Positions 46,897 to 55,618 of a DNA stretch of 64,000 bases are shown here, piece after piece. The position numbers were made by a program, and so were the translations under genes. How positions within the stretch are numbered: the first letter of the stretch is position 1; every line of letters starts with the position of its first letter. Source of the DNA: an uncultured Eubacteriales bacterium (lineage in GTDB: Bacteria; Bacillota; Clostridia; Oscillospirales; UBA644); contig CAKSFN010000011.1 in the NCBI GenBank assembly GCA_934454405.1, positions 26,582 through 90,581 of the forward strand. Reading direction: 5' to 3'. The notes under the pieces are model-generated. The model was not told the origin of the DNA and searched no databases. It saw only the letters and a list, made by a program, of their open reading frames with translations.

Positions 46897-49479
46897 ATGA
46901 GACATATAAGAAAAATGATCGCGGCGACGCTTCTTTGCGCGCTTATGCTTACGGGCTGCGTGGTGGTTCGCCCCGCGATGTTCAAAGGAAAAACGGCTTC
47001 CGAATGGGAGAATAAGTTCCGTTCGACGGCGGTCACCTCGTTTGAAAAAACAGGCTCTCTGCCCGAATCCCTGAACGGCTTCGTTTTCCGCGCGGAGGGC
47101 GAGAACAGGGTAAGCGACACCGTTGACGGCAAGGTTGTCGAAGGCGAGGAGTTCTCGGGCGGCAAGGTTCTTATCGCGGACTACGAGCGCAACGACACCG
47201 TTCAGCACGGCATAAACCTTTCCGTTACCGTTCCCGCAGACGGTTCGTATTCGCTGACGGCGTTTGTTTCGGATCTCAAAAAGAACAACCGACAGGCGAC
47301 CGATTGCGACCTTTTTGTAAACGGCGTTCTTGCATACGACACGTCCGTGAACATTATTTCCTCAACGAAGGTTTCAACTCCGTCCGTTCCGAAGCAGTCT
47401 ATCATGAGAATAACGGAGCTTCCCCCGATCGCACTGAAAGCGGGCGAAAACACCGTTTCGTTCGTGCTTCATAATTCGGACAGAACTCCGACCAAGCCTC
47501 TTTTTTATCTTGATTACATAGAGCTGAAGCCGGAAATCGACCCCACGGCGACGGGCGAGATCAGCTATACTTCAACTCCGGGCGGAGAGTATTCAAAACA
47601 GGCTGTCGCCGCCGCGGAGATCGACGTTTTCACCGGCTCGTGGGATATGACGGCTTCGCTTACCGTATCTTCCTTCGCATCGACGGAGGCTGAGGCTGCC
47701 GACGTTTCCGTTCAGATAGTGGACTATTACGGCAACGTTGTTTTTGAGGATTCCGTAAAACCCGTTTTCGGCAGCTATAAGTATACCGCCGATCTCGGAA
47801 AACACCCGACGGGACATTTCACTCTGCGCGCGACGGCGAACGGAAAAACCATTTGTTCGAAAGAATACGCCGTGCTTCCTCCCGTTGAGGACAGAGACCT
47901 TGAATCGGATTCTCCGTTTGCGTCGGACTTCGCGTCTTACCACATTCTTGCGGATCGCGAAGATGTCGTTGCAAACTACGCGGCGGCGGCAAAACTCTGC
48001 GGCGTCAGCGTTCTGCGCGAACGTCTGGACTGGATATATACCGAATGGAACGAGGGGGGTTGCGACTTCTCCCGTGCCGACAGGTTTTATAACAAAATAA
48101 ACGATATGGGTCTTGAAATACTTCCGTTTTTCTCAAATGCTCCGAGATGGACAACGGAAAACGGCAAGGTATTTATGGACGAACAACTTGCGGTTTACAG
48201 GTTCTCAAAACGTGTTGCCGAAAGATATGCAAACATATCTCAGGCGCTTGAAGTTTGGAATGAGATGGACTATTTCACATACGTTCCCGCCGATATGTAC
48301 GCTTCTTTCTACAAAGCGGCGGCGCTCGGAGTAGTCGATTCGGGAACCTCTCTTCCGAAGATCATCGGAGGACTTTGCGAGCCTGTGAACAGCAACCCGT
48401 ATCTTACCATTCTTTACAAGAGCGACGTTTTCGATTACAGCGATGCTTTCAACTGGCACTATCACATCTATGACCGCGCGGAACGTTCCGTTACGGAGTT
48501 TGTTGACGGTTCAAAAGCGGGACAGTTTGCGACGTTCGCAAACACATACCTTTCTTCTCTGCCGAGTTGGTGCACCGAAGCGGGTATAAAACTTTATGCA
48601 CCCGCGGGTTGTGCGGATATGACGTTTGCACAGCAGAAGATTCAGGCAAACTATATGGTAACTTCCGCTTGCCAGTCCCTTGCGGCAGGCACGGATAAAC
48701 ACTTCTGGTTCATACTCTGCAATATGCCCGAAGATGGTGGCTGGTTCGGCTCTTACGGCGCGGACGACAGACCGTTTGCTTCCGTTGTTACAGAAGCGGT
48801 CATGACCCAGACTCTCGGCAAGGGTATCTACAAAGGTGAACTCAAAGGTCTTCCGAGCGGCGCGGAGGGACACGTTATAAACAACGGCGAGGACGACGTT
48901 ATCGTTCTTTGGGCAACTTCCGACAGAGATGTAGCTCTTTCCGTTCCCGGAAACGTACTCAAAACGACCGTTGTCGGCAACTGTGAAGTGCTTTGCCCGA
49001 CAAACGGAAAAATAACCGTCAAGGCGGGTTCCGAACCGATGTTTATCACGGTTGACGGCACCGTTGACGCTTCTTCTTACACCGCAACTTCCAACGATGA
49101 GATAAAGACAATTTCCGCAAAATCCGATTTCACTGTCGGCGAAAGAGTGATTCTTACGCAGCTTTGGTACGATCTGACTGATTCCGCATCGTATCTTTCC
49201 GCACGCAACAACGGTTACCGTGTCTCCGCAAACGGAAATACGATAACGCTTCAACTTGTAAACTTCAACGATTTTGAGGTTACGGGAACGGTAAGCGGCT
49301 CCGCGGAAGGCTATACCGTCGCGGGCAGCGGCGAAGCGATAACCATTCCCGCGATGTCCGAAACGGAGGTCACGTTTACGATAACTCCGAACGGCGGAAC
49401 AGGTGCGACCTATCTGACCTTTGAGGGCACTTTCAACGGAAGCGAAACCTCGAAGTCCGTTTCGAGAATCTACGGATAA
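46897..49479 (+). CDS. surface lipoprotein with an N-terminal CBM-like module and a clan GH-A (TIM-barrel) glycoside hydrolase-like domain
   Basis: 860 aa. Lipobox LLCALMLTGC. Candidate acid/base motif ALEVWNEMDY and nucleophile motif SWCTEAG. The C-terminal modules are beta-rich. Confidence 0.6.
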   Translation: MRHIRKMIAATLLCALMLTGCVVVRPAMFKGKTASEWENKFRSTAVTSFEKTGSLPESLNGFVFRAEGENRVSDTVDGKVVEGEEFSGGKVLIADYERNDTVQHGINLSVTVPADGSYSLTAFVSDLKKNNRQATDCDLFVNGVLAYDTSVNIISSTKVSTPSVPKQSIMRITELPPIALKAGENTVSFVLHNSDRTPTKPLFYLDYIELKPEIDPTATGEISYTSTPGGEYSKQAVAAAEIDVFTGSWDMTASLTVSSFASTEAEAADVSVQIVDYYGNVVFEDSVKPVFGSYKYTADLGKHPTGHFTLRATANGKTICSKEYAVLPPVEDRDLESDSPFASDFASYHILADREDVVANYAAAAKLCGVSVLRERLDWIYTEWNEGGCDFSRADRFYNKINDMGLEILPFFSNAPRWTTENGKVFMDEQLAVYRFSKRVAERYANISQALEVWNEMDYFTYVPADMYASFYKAAALGVVDSGTSLPKIIGGLCEPVNSNPYLTILYKSDVFDYSDAFNWHYHIYDRAERSVTEFVDGSKAGQFATFANTYLSSLPSWCTEAGIKLYAPAGCADMTFAQQKIQANYMVTSACQSLAAGTDKHFWFILCNMPEDGGWFGSYGADDRPFASVVTEAVMTQTLGKGIYKGELKGLPSGAEGHVINNGEDDVIVLWATSDRDVALSVPGNVLKTTVVGNCEVLCPTNGKITVKAGSEPMFITVDGTVDASSYTATSNDEIKTISAKSDFTVGERVILTQLWYDLTDSASYLSARNNGYRVSANGNTITLQLVNFNDFEVTGTVSGSAEGYTVAGSGEAITIPAMSETEVTFTITPNGGTGATYLTFEGTFNGSETSKSVSRIYG

Positions 49480-49489
49480 GGTGACTTGT

Positions 49490-50029
49490 ATGGAATTTTT
49501 CGAGCTGACAGAAAAAAGACGGAGCGTGCGCGCCTACGACGCGACAAAGACGGTAACGCGCGAACAGATTGAAAAAATAATCTGCGCCGCGCAACAGGCT
49601 CCGTCATGGAAAAATCGCCAACCGTCAAGGTTTTACTGCTTGCTGACAGGCGAAAAACACGATTTGTTTTGCAAAGAGTGTCTGCCCGGACGCAACGCGG
49701 CAAAATCCGTCGGGGCGGCGCTTATAGTTACAACGTTCGTCAAAAACGTCTCGGGCTTTTCCGGGGACGGACAGACGGCGGACAACGAATGCGGCAACGG
49801 CTGGGGATATTACGACCTCGGGCTTGCAAGCGAGAATATCTGCCTTGCCGCAAAGAATATGGGACTTGACAGTCTGATAATGGGACTGCGCGACGGCGAA
49901 AAGATACGCGCTTTTCTGTCCCTTCCCGAAAACGAGCAGGTCGTATCCGTCATCGCCGTGGGTTACGCGGCGGAATCTCCCGCAAAGCCCGCGCGCAAGA
50001 CGATCGGCGAAGTTTTGAAATTCATCTGA
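49490..50029 (+). CDS. nitroreductase-family protein
   Basis: 179 aa from ATG 49490. Motifs RRSVRAYD, QAPSWKNRQP. Confidence 0.8.
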   Translation: MEFFELTEKRRSVRAYDATKTVTREQIEKIICAAQQAPSWKNRQPSRFYCLLTGEKHDLFCKECLPGRNAAKSVGAALIVTTFVKNVSGFSGDGQTADNECGNGWGYYDLGLASENICLAAKNMGLDSLIMGLRDGEKIRAFLSLPENEQVVSVIAVGYAAESPAKPARKTIGEVLKFI

Positions 50030-50102
50030 GCAACAACACAAAAGGCGGCGTTCCTTCCGTGTGAGAGGAACGCCGCGACGAATTGACCCGAAGAGGTATT
50101 TT

Positions 50103-51731
50103 ATGAAGCAGAAAGAACCCGCGCCGCATATCGGCATAATGTTTAACGAAGACCCCAACCACCATATCGGAGAAACATGGGCAACGCGAAAGACCTATAA
50201 CAAGGGCTTCCGTTTTTCCGAGGAGAGCGAAAGAGAGTTTGTGCGTCAGTACGAAGGCTCGCAGCTGACCGATTTTTTGATAAACGTCAATTTTATGCGT
50301 TCCGTTTATCCGTCGAAAACGATAGACAGTTACTGCGAAAGTTGGCTTGATTTCAACGAAAACGGTGAGCCCGTCGATGAAAACGGAAACGTTCTCGAAG
50401 AAACGGACAACCCGTATTACGAGGCGTTTGTCCGCGATAATTTCGATATTTTCGAAAGCTGGATAAGAAACTTTCGGGAGATAGGCGTTCGCCCGTGGCT
50501 TTCCTTCCGCATGAACGACATTCACGGCGTTGCGGAAAATAACAAGCCCATGCTCACAAAGTTTTGGCTTGAACACCCCGAAGCATACAGAATACATCAC
50601 CATGTCCCCGACGGATACTACGCGCGCACGCTCGATTACGAGCAGCGGCAGGTTCGCGACCTGATGTACTCGTATATAAAAGAGTCTCTTGAAAGATATG
50701 ACGTTGACGGCATCGAATTGGATTTTATGCGCGAGATGTTCTGCTTCGCGCCCGGCAGAGAATTTCTTTGCCGCGATCTGATGACCGATTTTGTCCGCAG
50801 TATCCGCGCGCTCTGCGACGAGTTCGAGCAAAAACGCGGTCACCGTATAATGACGGGCATAAAACTCTTTTCGCTTCCGCATCAGGTCTTTGACGCGGGT
50901 TTTGACTATTTTACCTACGCAAAAGAGCGTCTTATCGACGTGTTTGTAACAGGTCCGCGCTGGGAAACGATAGACAACGACATTCCCGTGGAGATATGGA
51001 AAGAGATATTCGCTCCTTACGGCGTCAAAGTCGCCGCGGGGCTTGAGCTTATCCTGCGCTGTCATCCGCGCGGAGAGTTTTACTATCTGAACACCGTGGA
51101 AACTACAATGGCGTCCGCCGCGCAGTATCTTGCGGCGGGAGGAGACTTTACGTACCTTTATAATTATATGCGTCCGACGAAAGTGGACTATTCGAAAGAT
51201 TGGGTCTATTCGATATATCAGACAGAGAACTATCAGCGCCTTATTCATAACGCGGGCGCGAAGGAGACCGCGCTTCCGCTTCCGAGGCGTCACGTTAAAA
51301 CTTTTCACGACATTGAACCTCAATGGGAAAACGCAAAACTGTCGCCGCTTCCGCTGACGGTTGCTTATGATTATACATATTTCCAAGTCAAAGTCAGAGC
51401 CTGCGAAGCGCCGAAGGACGCAAAATGCTATGTCATTCTCGGCGCGAAGGGCGTTGAAAAGGACGAGATAGCGCCCGAGACGTTTGATATCTATATGAAC
51501 GGCGTTCATCTTGAATACGGCGGAAAATGCGAAGTTACGCCGTATACCAAATGGCAGGGGTATTATTTCCCGATACCCGATTCTTCGCTTGTGGCGAACG
51601 GCAATGTTATAGAAATTGCCAGAGCCCCCGGCGCGGAGAGTTATTCGGTTGAGTATGCGGAGATCCGCGTCAACGCCGCTCTTGAAAAAGACCAATGGGA
51701 AAAAGACCACCTTGTTTGGATAGAACTGTAA
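50103..51731 (+). CDS. cytoplasmic TIM-barrel glycoside-hydrolase-like protein, family uncertain
   Basis: 542 aa from ATG 50103, with no signal peptide. Motifs GIMFNEDPNHH, WLSFRMNDIH and DGIELDFMRE suggest a hydrolase-like barrel. Confidence 0.4.
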   Translation: MKQKEPAPHIGIMFNEDPNHHIGETWATRKTYNKGFRFSEESEREFVRQYEGSQLTDFLINVNFMRSVYPSKTIDSYCESWLDFNENGEPVDENGNVLEETDNPYYEAFVRDNFDIFESWIRNFREIGVRPWLSFRMNDIHGVAENNKPMLTKFWLEHPEAYRIHHHVPDGYYARTLDYEQRQVRDLMYSYIKESLERYDVDGIELDFMREMFCFAPGREFLCRDLMTDFVRSIRALCDEFEQKRGHRIMTGIKLFSLPHQVFDAGFDYFTYAKERLIDVFVTGPRWETIDNDIPVEIWKEIFAPYGVKVAAGLELILRCHPRGEFYYLNTVETTMASAAQYLAAGGDFTYLYNYMRPTKVDYSKDWVYSIYQTENYQRLIHNAGAKETALPLPRRHVKTFHDIEPQWENAKLSPLPLTVAYDYTYFQVKVRACEAPKDAKCYVILGAKGVEKDEIAPETFDIYMNGVHLEYGGKCEVTPYTKWQGYYFPIPDSSLVANGNVIEIARAPGAESYSVEYAEIRVNAALEKDQWEKDHLVWIEL

Positions 51732-51748
51732 AAGACGCATAAATAAGA

Positions 51749-51787
51749 GGGACAAAAACCGCCGAGAAGCGGATTTTGTCCCTTTTT
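51749..51787 (+). terminator. intrinsic terminator ending the long smc-to-GH-like transcription block
   Basis: GGGACAAAA...TTTTGTCCC stem with an inner CCGC/GCGG pair, followed by TTTTT. Confidence 0.8.
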
Positions 51788-51892
51788 GCCGAAAAATAAG
51801 GCTCGGCGCAATATAATTGAACGGAATTTTTGTTTATAATATTCGGTTTATCGTAAAAATTATACAAAACGGAAAAAAAACAATTTTGCCTA

Positions 51893-51921
51893 TTGACATT
51901 CAGACGAAAGCGTGATATAAT
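51893..51921 (+). promoter_or_regulatory. sigma-A promoter of the T-box leader (TTGACA-17-TATAAT)
   Basis: TTGACA at 51893-51898, a 17-nt spacer and TATAAT at 51916-51921. Confidence 0.75.
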
Positions 51922-51927
51922 ACAGCC

Positions 51928-52212
51928 AAACCGATGAGAAAGAGTAAGTAAGTCTCAACACTGTTTCAACAGAGAGCCGCAGGCGGTGGAATTGCGGCGG
52001 AATAAGATTTGACCGAATGGACTTTCGAGGGCGAGCGGAAACGAAGCGTATGCTTCGGAGTATGTAAGACGGAGCGGGACTCTCCGTTATCAAAAGTCGG
52101 CGTATGATAGTACGCAGCGAGAGGACGCGTTATAAAGGCGCGTCAAGCAGGGTGGCACCGCAGGAATTTTTAATCCTGTCCCGGCATTATTTGCAGGGAC
52201 AGGACTTTTTTT
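51928..52212 (+). promoter_or_regulatory. T-box riboswitch leader, specifier codon UGG (tRNA-Trp)
   Basis: Stem I elements are present: CCGAUGAGAAAGAGUAAG, AGAGAG bulge, distal GGUGGAA. The specifier context is GAA-UGG-A-CUUUCGAG, with UGG at 52018-52020. The T-box sequence AGCAGGGUGGCACCGCAGG is at about 52146-52164. The terminator is CCUGUCCC...GGGACAGG plus U7 (52175-52212). Confidence 0.85.
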
Positions 52213-52363
52213 ATTTGTTTGCCGCTTTTAAGCGCGGCAGCGACGGAGGAGAATATTATGTTATATAAAAGATGGCGCCCGGCGCCGAGGAAAAATTTTT
52301 ATAATCACCATTTGAACATTTCACATTATAAATATCTAAAATGAAGAAAGCAGGTAAATCAAA

Positions 52364-53416
52364 ATGAAAAAAATAATCGCACTTGCGCTTTCCGCGCTGT
52401 TTATATTCGGACTTCTCACCGCTTGCGGCAAAGACGCAAACCCCACGGACGGCTCGTCCGACGCAAAGAAAGAATACACCGTCGGTATATGCAACTATGT
52501 TGACGACGCTTCCCTTAACCAGATAGTTGAAAACATTCAGGCGCGCCTTGAAGAGATAGGCAAGGAAAAGAACGTCACGTTCAAAATCGAATACGATAAC
52601 TGCAACGCGGACGCAAACCTTATGTCGCAGATAATCGCAAACTTTCAGGCGGACAATGTAGACCTTATGGTCGGTGTAGCAACCCCCGTTGCCATGGCAA
52701 TGCAGGCTGCGACCGAGGACACAAAAACGCCCGTCGTATTCTCCGCCGTTACCGACCCCGTTTCCGCGCAGCTTGTGCAGTCTCTCGAAAAACCGGGCAG
52801 CAACCTTACGGGAACTTCCGACTATCTTAATACCAAAGCGATAATGGACATCATGTTCACCGTCAACAAAGACGCGAAAAAAATAGGCTTGCTCTACGAC
52901 ATCGGTCAGGATTCTTCCACCACCGCCATTGCCGACGCAAAAGCATACCTTGAAGCAAAAAATATCGAATATATCGAAAAAACGGGCACGACCGTTGACG
53001 AAGTTTATCAGGCGGCTCAAAAACTTGTTGAAGACGGCGTTGACGCTGTGTTCACCCCGACCGACAACACGATAATGAAAGCGGAACTTTCCATATATGA
53101 GCTTTTTGCGAACGCGAAAATTCCTCAATACGCAGGCGCCGACTCGTTCGCTCTTAACGGCGCATTCCTCGGCTACGGCGTAGATTACATCAACCTCGGC
53201 AGAGAAACCGCGGATATGATAGCCGAAATTCTGCTTGAAGGCAAGGATCCGGCAGAAACTCCCGTTCGCACTTTTGATAACGGCACGGCAACCGTGAACA
53301 CGGAGATCTGCGCGCAGATAGGGTACGATTTTGACGCGATCTCTTCGGCAATCGCTCCGTTCTGCACCAAGGTTGAAAAAATAGTTACCGCCGAAAGCTT
53401 CGACGGACAGAAATAA
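52364..53416 (+). CDS. ABC transporter substrate-binding lipoprotein (ABC_sub_bind/TrpX-like family)
   Basis: 350 aa. Lipobox FGLLTACG. The fold is periplasmic-binding-protein type, and the gene is first after the Trp T-box. Confidence 0.75.
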   Translation: MKKIIALALSALFIFGLLTACGKDANPTDGSSDAKKEYTVGICNYVDDASLNQIVENIQARLEEIGKEKNVTFKIEYDNCNADANLMSQIIANFQADNVDLMVGVATPVAMAMQAATEDTKTPVVFSAVTDPVSAQLVQSLEKPGSNLTGTSDYLNTKAIMDIMFTVNKDAKKIGLLYDIGQDSSTTAIADAKAYLEAKNIEYIEKTGTTVDEVYQAAQKLVEDGVDAVFTPTDNTIMKAELSIYELFANAKIPQYAGADSFALNGAFLGYGVDYINLGRETADMIAEILLEGKDPAETPVRTFDNGTATVNTEICAQIGYDFDAISSAIAPFCTKVEKIVTAESFDGQK

Positions 53417-53434
53417 TCCGAAAGGGAACTGTTT

Positions 53435-54355
53435 ATGGGATTGCTTTTGCAAACCGCCGGTGAACTCGGCTTGATAAGCGCGTTGACCGTGCTTGCGTTA
53501 TATCTCAGTTATTCAATGTTAAACGTCTGCGACCTTTCCACCGACGGCTGCTTCACTCTCGGAGCGACCGTCGGCGCGGTCGTCGCAATATCGGGTCACC
53601 CGTATCTTTCCATTCCCGCCGCGATGGCGGCAGGGCTTGTTTCGGGCTTTGTAACCGCGTTTCTTCAAACGAAAATGGGCGTTAACAGCCTGCTTGCGGG
53701 AATAATCGTCAACACCGCGCTTTATTCGGTGAATATCGCGGTCATGGGCAAGACCTCGCAGCTCAGTATGAACCGTGCCGACACCGTTTTCACAAAGGCA
53801 AAAGACCTTTTGTCCGGCACTTTTCTGGCGGGACAGTACAAACTTATTGTCGCTGCCGTTGCCGTAATCGCCGTTTGTGTGGTTTTGGCTCTTTTTCTCA
53901 AAACAAAACTCGGGCTTGCCATCCGCGCCACGGGCAACAATCCCGATATGGTTCGCTCTTCTTCGATAAATCCGACGTTTACCACCATTGTGGGGCTTTG
54001 CATAGCAAACGCGTTTACCGCTCTTTCCGGTTGTCTGCTCGCGCAGTCGCAAAAATCCGTTAATATAGACATCGGAACGGGAATGGTCACGATAGCGCTG
54101 GCGTCGCTTCTCATCGGAGGCGTTTTCACGGGCAAAAGAAAAATCCCCGTTCAGATCTTCGGAATGGTGCTCGGCGCGTTCATTTTCCGTCTCGTTTATA
54201 CGGTGGCGCTCCGCTTCGATATGCCGGCGTTCATGCTCAAATTCGTTTCGTCCGTTATCGTTGTTCTGGCAATTTCAATCCCGTATCTTAAAAGAGGGTT
54301 CCCCCTGTTCAAACGCAGGCTCGACCGTTTCTTCAACAAAAGGAGGTCTTCCTAA
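53435..54355 (+). CDS. ABC transporter permease (TrpY-like)
   Basis: 306 aa, polytopic membrane protein immediately downstream of the binding protein. Confidence 0.75.
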   Translation: MGLLLQTAGELGLISALTVLALYLSYSMLNVCDLSTDGCFTLGATVGAVVAISGHPYLSIPAAMAAGLVSGFVTAFLQTKMGVNSLLAGIIVNTALYSVNIAVMGKTSQLSMNRADTVFTKAKDLLSGTFLAGQYKLIVAAVAVIAVCVVLALFLKTKLGLAIRATGNNPDMVRSSSINPTFTTIVGLCIANAFTALSGCLLAQSQKSVNIDIGTGMVTIALASLLIGGVFTGKRKIPVQIFGMVLGAFIFRLVYTVALRFDMPAFMLKFVSSVIVVLAISIPYLKRGFPLFKRRLDRFFNKRRSS

Positions 54356-55141
54356 ATGCTGAAAATCTCCCACGTTTACAAAACTTTCAATCCCGGCACC
54401 GTGGACGCAAGGCTTGCCCTTGACGACCTCTGCCTAAACGTCGAAAAAGGTGATTTTATAACGGTTGTCGGCGCAAACGGCGCGGGAAAATCAACGATGT
54501 TCAACGCCATAGCGGGAACGTTTATAACCGACAAAGGCGAAATAATTCTCGACGGAAAGGACATCACACTCGTTCCCGAGTTTAAGCGCGCAAGAAGCAT
54601 AGGCAGGCTTTTTCAGGATCCGATGCTCGGCACCGCGCCCGGAATGACCGTTGAAGAAAACCTTGCGCTTTCCGCAGGCCGCGGCGGCTGGCTCAGCCAC
54701 GTTTCAAAAGCCGATAAAAAGGCTTTCCGCGACCGTGTTGCGCTTCTCGGAATGGGACTTGAAGACCGAATGCATCAGCGTGTCGGACTTCTTTCGGGCG
54801 GTCAGCGTCAGGCTCTGACGCTGATGATGGCGACATTTAATCCGCCGAAAATTCTTTTGCTTGACGAGCATACCGCCGCGCTCGATCCCGGAACGGCGGA
54901 AAAGGTTCTTGAACTGACAAAAAAAATCGTCTCGGAAAACAACCTGACCTGTCTGATGATAACGCACAATATGCAGTCCGCGCTCGAACTCGGCAACCGC
55001 ACGATAATGATGAACGGCGGGCATATCGTTATGGACGCCGCGGGCGAGGAACGCAAGAACCTGACCGTTGCGGATATGCTCCGCAAATTCAAAGAATCGT
55101 CCGGCAAAGAACTTGACAACGACCGAATGCTGCTTATATAA
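54356..55141 (+). CDS. ABC transporter ATP-binding protein (TrpZ-like)
   Basis: Walker A GANGAGKST, signature LSGGQRQ, Walker B LLLDEHTAALD. Confidence 0.9.
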   Translation: MLKISHVYKTFNPGTVDARLALDDLCLNVEKGDFITVVGANGAGKSTMFNAIAGTFITDKGEIILDGKDITLVPEFKRARSIGRLFQDPMLGTAPGMTVEENLALSAGRGGWLSHVSKADKKAFRDRVALLGMGLEDRMHQRVGLLSGGQRQALTLMMATFNPPKILLLDEHTAALDPGTAEKVLELTKKIVSENNLTCLMITHNMQSALELGNRTIMMNGGHIVMDAAGEERKNLTVADMLRKFKESSGKELDNDRMLLI

Positions 55142-55170
55142 TGCCTTATAAACCGTAAATGCGGCTCAAA

Positions 55171-55214
55171 CAAGCCCGTAACAGACTTCTTTTTTGTTAC
55201 GGGCTTGATTTTTA
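55171..55214. terminator. bidirectional terminator after the ABC operon
   Basis: 13-bp stem CAAGCCCGTAACA...TGTTACGGGCTTG followed by ATTTTTATT. Confidence 0.75.
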
Positions 55215-55224
55215 TTCGTAAAAG

Positions 55225-55279
55225 AGGAAAAATGTGACTTTTTTGTAAAATGAACCGTATTTCCTGTCACATTTTTCCT
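55225..55279. repeat. 14-bp perfect inverted repeat (AGGAAAAATGTGAC / GTCACATTTTTCCT) with a 27-nt loop in an otherwise unassigned intergenic region
   Basis: The arms are at 55225-55238 and 55266-55279 and can be extended to about 17 bp with one bulge. Confidence 0.6.
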
Positions 55280-55556
55280 TTTGTAACGTTTATAAAGACA
55301 GAGGGACAAAAAAAACGGTTTTCGAAAGCGGCTCGGCGGACATTTTGCGATTCGGGTGGTAAATCTCTCCTTTTTCTATTCTCTTAACTCTCACCGACAG
55401 TTGCCCGAACCGTTGTCCGCAATCCCCGCCGGCAGCGGCGGTTCAAAGCTTCCTTCGCCGTCGCTTCGAAAACCGTGTTTCCCTTTTCGGATTCGTCTTG
55501 CCCGCGCAACGTCCGCGCAGACAGACCGTCGGGCAGAAGATTTTTCGGTCCGATGC

Positions 55557-55611
55557 AAAAAAACATAATATCGGGACGCGTTTTGAGATGTTTCTCCGCG
55601 CGTCCCGATAT
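55557..55611 (-). terminator. terminator hairpin after the DHHW gene
   Basis: 13-bp stem ATATCGGGACGCG...CGCGTCCCGATAT. On the minus strand it is followed, after 4 nt, by T7. Confidence 0.6.
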
Positions 55612-55618
55612 TCTTTCG

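Noticed and set aside
50044-50077. GC-rich hairpin GGCGGCGTTCCT...AGGAACGCCGC after the nitroreductase gene, considered as an intrinsic terminator.
   Set aside because: No U-tract follows it (the next bases are GACGAATTG). I do not call it a terminator, although it may be an RNA-stability or processing element.
50022-53452. 577-aa and 398-aa minus-strand ORFs.
   Set aside because: They are antisense to the TIM-barrel gene and to the ABC binding-protein gene. The second would also run through the T-box terminator region. Neither has an RBS or motifs.
55300-55560. Possible cobalamin or other riboswitch on the minus strand (AAAAGGGAAACACGG..., GCCGCUG, CAACUGU-like strings).
   Set aside because: The blocks are in the wrong order and spacing for the B12 consensus (GGGAA..GGUG..UCC..CCCGC..ACUGU..GCCACUG). 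There is also no downstream gene on that strand for it to regulate.
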